This document shows positions 63,481-64,000 of a DNA stretch of 64,000 nt, piece after piece. Origin of the DNA: Acanthaster planci (taxonomy: Eukaryota). The notes beneath the pieces are model-generated. The model saw only the letters and a program-made list of their open reading frames with translations. It did not search any database and had not been told where the DNA came from. The DNA lies in the NCBI RefSeq assembly GCF_001949145.1, contig NW_019091361.1:3954148-4018147 (forward strand), in the 5' to 3' direction. Position 1 is the stretch's first letter; each line of letters begins with the position of its first letter. A program made the position numbers and the translations under genes.

Positions 63481-63555
63481 GGCACTGATCACGAGCTGCT
63501 GGTGTTGATGGGGGACGATGACGTATTGAGAGCGGTCGGTCGGAGAGACAAGCAG
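63481..63555 (+). CDS. Candidate exon of the unidentified plus-strand gene (GTDHELLVLMGDDDVLRAVGRRDKQ; possible start ATG at 63508)
   Basis: Strong acceptor ttgtctttcccttcag|, donor CAG|gtattg, 75 nt, GC-rich, only one open frame; product not recognised. Confidence 0.55.
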
Positions 63556-64000
63556 GTATTGGCGTTGCCACACAGAGCAGGTTTGCAGCCAGGCGGAAAG
63601 GATGGCACTTACGTGTATGCTGCAGCGCACTGGTCCACAGTGCACGGACACAAGGATTATAGCATTTCAGTAAATCTGACTTGCCGGCGCAGGACTGCAG
63701 TTTTAGCGGTGTGCTCGCTTGGAGGATCTGGTAATTGGATAACATGAAGATGTACAAGATTTGATTGTCTAACACAACAGCTAATGAGTGGTTCTTCAGT
63801 ACACCAAGGACTTGGCCCATTGTTGGGGCTTAATTAGAGGGCAATAATGGGAGCCAGAGTGTGGTGTCGTGCTTGGACCATCAGGCGAAGGTACAACAGC
63901 CTGCGCTTTGGCCTACTGGGAGGCATATTGGCCCTAGGATGCATGTTTACGTTATATTCTAAGTCATACCAGTTTGGTGTGGATGAGCAACATGAAGCAC

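Overview
Eukaryotic, intron-rich genomic DNA from an invertebrate animal; an echinoderm-like deuterostome is my inference from gene structure and repeat style, not a database result. Three spliced genes lie in tandem on the minus strand and could be assembled exon by exon with consistent phases: the 5' part of a K+-dependent Na+/Ca2+ exchanger (SLC24/NCKX family; 4 coding exons, running off the left edge), a complete UBE2Q-type E2 enzyme (10 exons, about 391 aa) and a complete Integrator subunit INTS14/VWA9 (8 coding exons, about 520 aa, one GC-AG intron). A fourth, unidentified gene appears to start divergently on the plus strand near 45.5 kb, with a very long first intron and a candidate exon at 63481-63555. 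Non-coding DNA holds many non-autonomous DNA transposons (hAT-like with 8-bp TSDs, Harbinger-like with 3-bp TSDs, a TA-flanked element, piggyBac-like mini-elements), a tRNA-derived SINE, a repeat family headed by a decayed hammerhead-like motif, several tandem repeats and a 174-N gap. The most unusual signal is a landscape of TA-flanked palindromes (TACATGTA, TACCGGTA, TAGGCCTA) that look like accumulated transposon excision footprints and sort by position relative to promoters; one paralogous repeat pair shows such units added at a single TA. Most ORFs in the supplied track are spurious.
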